64,000 bases of DNA from Podarcis erhardii (lineage: Eukaryota): assembly GCA_964252035.1 (NCBI GenBank), contig OZ176207.1; one strand, given 5' to 3'. The position numbers and the translations under genes were made by a program. Of the stretch, positions 60,849 through 64,000 are shown one piece after another. Position 1 is the stretch's first letter, and the number at the start of each line of letters is the position of its first letter. The notes beneath the pieces were generated by a model. That model searched no databases. It saw only the letters and a program-made list of their open reading frames with translations, and was not told the DNA's origin.

Positions 60849-60921
60849 GTATGTTTCTCTCTGTGTTTCCATTATCAAATGCGTTCGTTTCCACTATTTC
60901 AATATTACAATGTACCCTTAC

Positions 60922-61437
60922 CTATTACACCAGCTGCACTGGCTCCCGGTGGAGTACAGGATCAGGTTTAAGGTGCTGGTTTTAACCTTCAAAGCCCTAT
61001 ACAGCCTAGGGCCCTCGTACCTACGGGACCGCCTCTCCTGGTATGCCCCACAGAGGAACTTACGGTCTTCAAATAAAAACAACTTGAAGGTCCCAGGCCA
61101 CAGAGAGGTTAGGCTGGCCTCAACTAGAGCCAGGGCTTTTTCGGCTGCGGCTCCAACCTGGTGGAACGCTCTGTCACAAGAGACAAGGGCCCTGCAGGAC
61201 TTTACATCTTTCCGCAGGGCCTGCAAGACATAGCTGTTCCACCTGGCCTTTGGTCAGGGCGCAGCCTGACTCCCTCCTTTGGCAATCTTTACAAAACTTT
61301 AGTTTATGGTTGCCATCAATTTTGATTTTAATTAATTTTTATAATGTTTTTATAATGTTGTACTGTTTTAGTGTTGTTAGCCGCCCTGAGCCCGGCTTCG
61401 GCTGGGGAGGGCGGGATACAAATAAAATTAATTATTA

Positions 61438-61473
<36 letters not shown>
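60922..61473 (+). mobile_element. L2-type LINE 3' fragment in the BCL2 intron
   Basis: [25 protein letters not shown]...RAFSAAAPTWWNAL...FRRACKT-stop; AATAAA 61421-26; (ATT)n tail. Confidence 0.85.
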
Positions 61474-61475
<2 letters not shown>

Positions 61476-62067
61476 GTGCTTGCAATGGGGGTCAAAGCTA
61501 GCTTGCCTGGCTAGCTGTTTTCCAAGCGCCAGTAGAATTCACGGACTCCAGTACTTAATTGTTTCTGGCAATTTGCTCGTCCTGCTCCAAAATGTGATAA
61601 CCGCTTACCATAGACCTGCCAGGTGTTCGATGGAAGAGGACCTACACTGTATCATTCCTATCTCCAGTGCGCCAGACTTTAAAAGTTAGTTGCCGTGTTG
61701 AAAGTAGATGTTTAAAAACTGAGGTGTTTCAGCAGTGATAAAGTTCCCATAAATCTCTCTAGCCTGTCAATGACCGTGTTGCACTTTTCTCTCTCAGGTT
61801 ACAGTGAGAACTCCCCATCTTGTTTCAATCAAGGTTTAATCGCTGATGTCATTCATAGGTTGTGTGAAATTTGCTGGTAAAATGAGGTCACAGTTTAAGC
61901 ATGGGAGAGGAAAACTAATGATGAGGGGGAAGCTAATTCACGTCATGTGTGGCCTATTTCTTGGTTGTGCTTGAAGAGGAAAAATGCTACTGAAACTGTA
62001 TTATGACTACATAGCACAGTGGAACCCTCATTATCTGCACCTTGTTTATTTTAGACCATAGTTTGCA

Positions 62068-62070
<3 letters not shown>

Positions 62071-62108
<38 letters not shown>
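62071..62108. repeat. (GT)n microsatellite
   Basis: Direct inspection. Confidence 0.9.
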
Positions 62109-62112
<4 letters not shown>

Positions 62113-64000
62113 ATGCGCGCCACAACCCTTGCAGGAACCCCTCACAACACTTCCATTGTTTCTGTTTATCTTTCTATTTGGGAGAAAAATGAAATTCTAC
62201 ATGGATGTCTTTGCATATGGTGCACAATCAGATTAATCAGGTGACACTTGTATTGATGGGTAAAGTTTTTACAAGAAGGAAAGCAGATATATTTACATAT
62301 ATATTTATAGCATCTGACATAACGAAATAAGTTTTTTGTTTATTTTCTTCTAAAAAACTTCTCTAGAGTTCTTTGAAGGGGAAAGAAGAAATGAATACCT
62401 TTTAGTAAATCTGCAAATAGGTTTTCTTTCGCGACCAGTTCTTGGAAAGTGTAGGACTTTTGTTGTGATTGAGTGTGGTTCTTAAAGAAATTGAAATCTG
62501 CGTATAGAAATTAGTGATGGCAGAGAAAGTGGAAGTGTTCTGGAACGGTGAACTCTGCCATATGAAGATCATATGCTGTCTTTTCACCTGTCTTTAACAA
62601 TGTACCCTAATCCTTTTCCGTCTTGAATAAGCGTCTCTTTGCACATAATTGTTTTATGAATCAGTTAACCAGTATGTCTCATCTTTTTGCATCATTAGAT
62701 TAAACCAGTGATTCTCAACTGGTGGGTTGGGCTACAGACACTAGTGAGGTGTCCTCAAGGTAGAAACAATGGAGTTGTAGACAAAGTAAAACTAGAAACA
62801 CAGAGGTAAAGGAAGGGTAACGTTTGTGTATGAGACTGAGACCAAAGGGTGGGCTTACTTTGTTTATGAACTTGCGCTTCATAAAAAGTCAAGCCATGTT
62901 AATAGTATATACCCCCATTTTCTGTTGTTGAGATATATGCTCTGCAAATGTCTCCTATTATTATAAAAAAAGAAATATAAATCATTTTAAAACAGAGTAG
63001 AACCTAACATTGACCTATTTTATTCATCCAACTGTGTAGAGAGTAGTAAGCTTCCATATTACTCACAAGGCTGCCTTCACACCAAAGTATTTGGAAAGGA
63101 AGGAAAATCCATTTTTTAATCTCTGCTGTTTTTTCTTGTGGATCTGCACAACATCTTCTCTCCACCTCTTGTTGCTAATGGATGCGCCACCTTAGTTTTT
63201 ACCTCAATAGATTGTTTCAGTGCCAGCAACCTAATACCATATTTTGTACCTCTTAGCAGAACTTAGGGCAAACAGATGGACATTGCCTTCAGTGCAACTT
63301 CACAGCTCTTAATGGGATGCACATTCTTTAGAGATGTTCCATGTATTTGCAGGAAGACAAGCTGGTGCACATATTTAGGCTCAGGATACATGTATGTGCT
63401 CTGCCACATCAAGCGGTGACTCTTATGTGTGAAGAGGCCACCACAGAGGAAACTTCCCTGTCTCCTCACATCACCTCAAACACAATTCTCTCTGGTTCGC
63501 ACATTTAGCTGCCAGCCATCAGATGCACAGTAATCAAGTGATACACATATATGCATGTTGGACTGTGCCCTAGTTTTGAAATACGGTAAATGCCTTTTTT
63601 CAAAATAAACTCCCTTTATTCAAGGAAGCTCGATGTATTCTGGAACAAAGAACATCCTTTAAATTAAACATATCCAGAACTGCTATACTTAGTATGCCTC
63701 CACTCTATATTTTGGAAGTGTTTTTCTCCTAGAGAGCAGTTCTTCTTTTTATTCTTCCTTCCACCCCAAACTGGTTATTATTCACCAGAGGAAAGAGAAA
63801 CATGTGACTCACTTTCTGGGTGGCACATGAGAACACAAATGATTTGCATGCCAGTTATAATACCGCAGTATTGCTCTTGCAAACAAGACATAAATCACAG
63901 TAGAAACTTAATATGGACTGCAAGGCACTAATATGTAGCTTTCCCTGTATTCAGTAAATGTATGTTTCCCAACCGGACAGTTTCATTTTAATTTCCAGTG

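Overview
Vertebrate (squamate, probably lacertid lizard; inferred from Sauria SINE and Bov-B content) genomic DNA with the conserved VPS4B-KDSR-BCL2 block, all on the + strand. It holds the last three coding exons of VPS4B, the complete 10-exon KDSR gene (336 aa) and the promoter, 5'UTR intron and first coding exon (BH4-BH2) of BCL2. Introns and intergenic DNA are rich in transposons: a near full-length Rex1/Babar-type LINE, a Penelope-like element (PLE), RTE/Bov-B, L1, L2 and CR1 fragments, eight Sauria SINE insertions or pieces, and Tc1/mariner and hAT MITEs. The most notable observations are: (1) three minimal hammerhead-ribozyme motifs in KDSR introns, two in a 909-bp near-perfect PLE palindrome and one in a 131-bp TSD-flanked solo element; (2) a composite SINE that carries 111 bp of KDSR intron 6 from 18 kb away; (3) triple-nested transposons; (4) repeated local inverted duplications at insertion junctions; (5) an L2 insertion that could give a BCL2-beta-like isoform its C-terminus and poly(A) signal. 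No database searches or folding programs were run. Family names and human comparisons come from motif recognition and recall.
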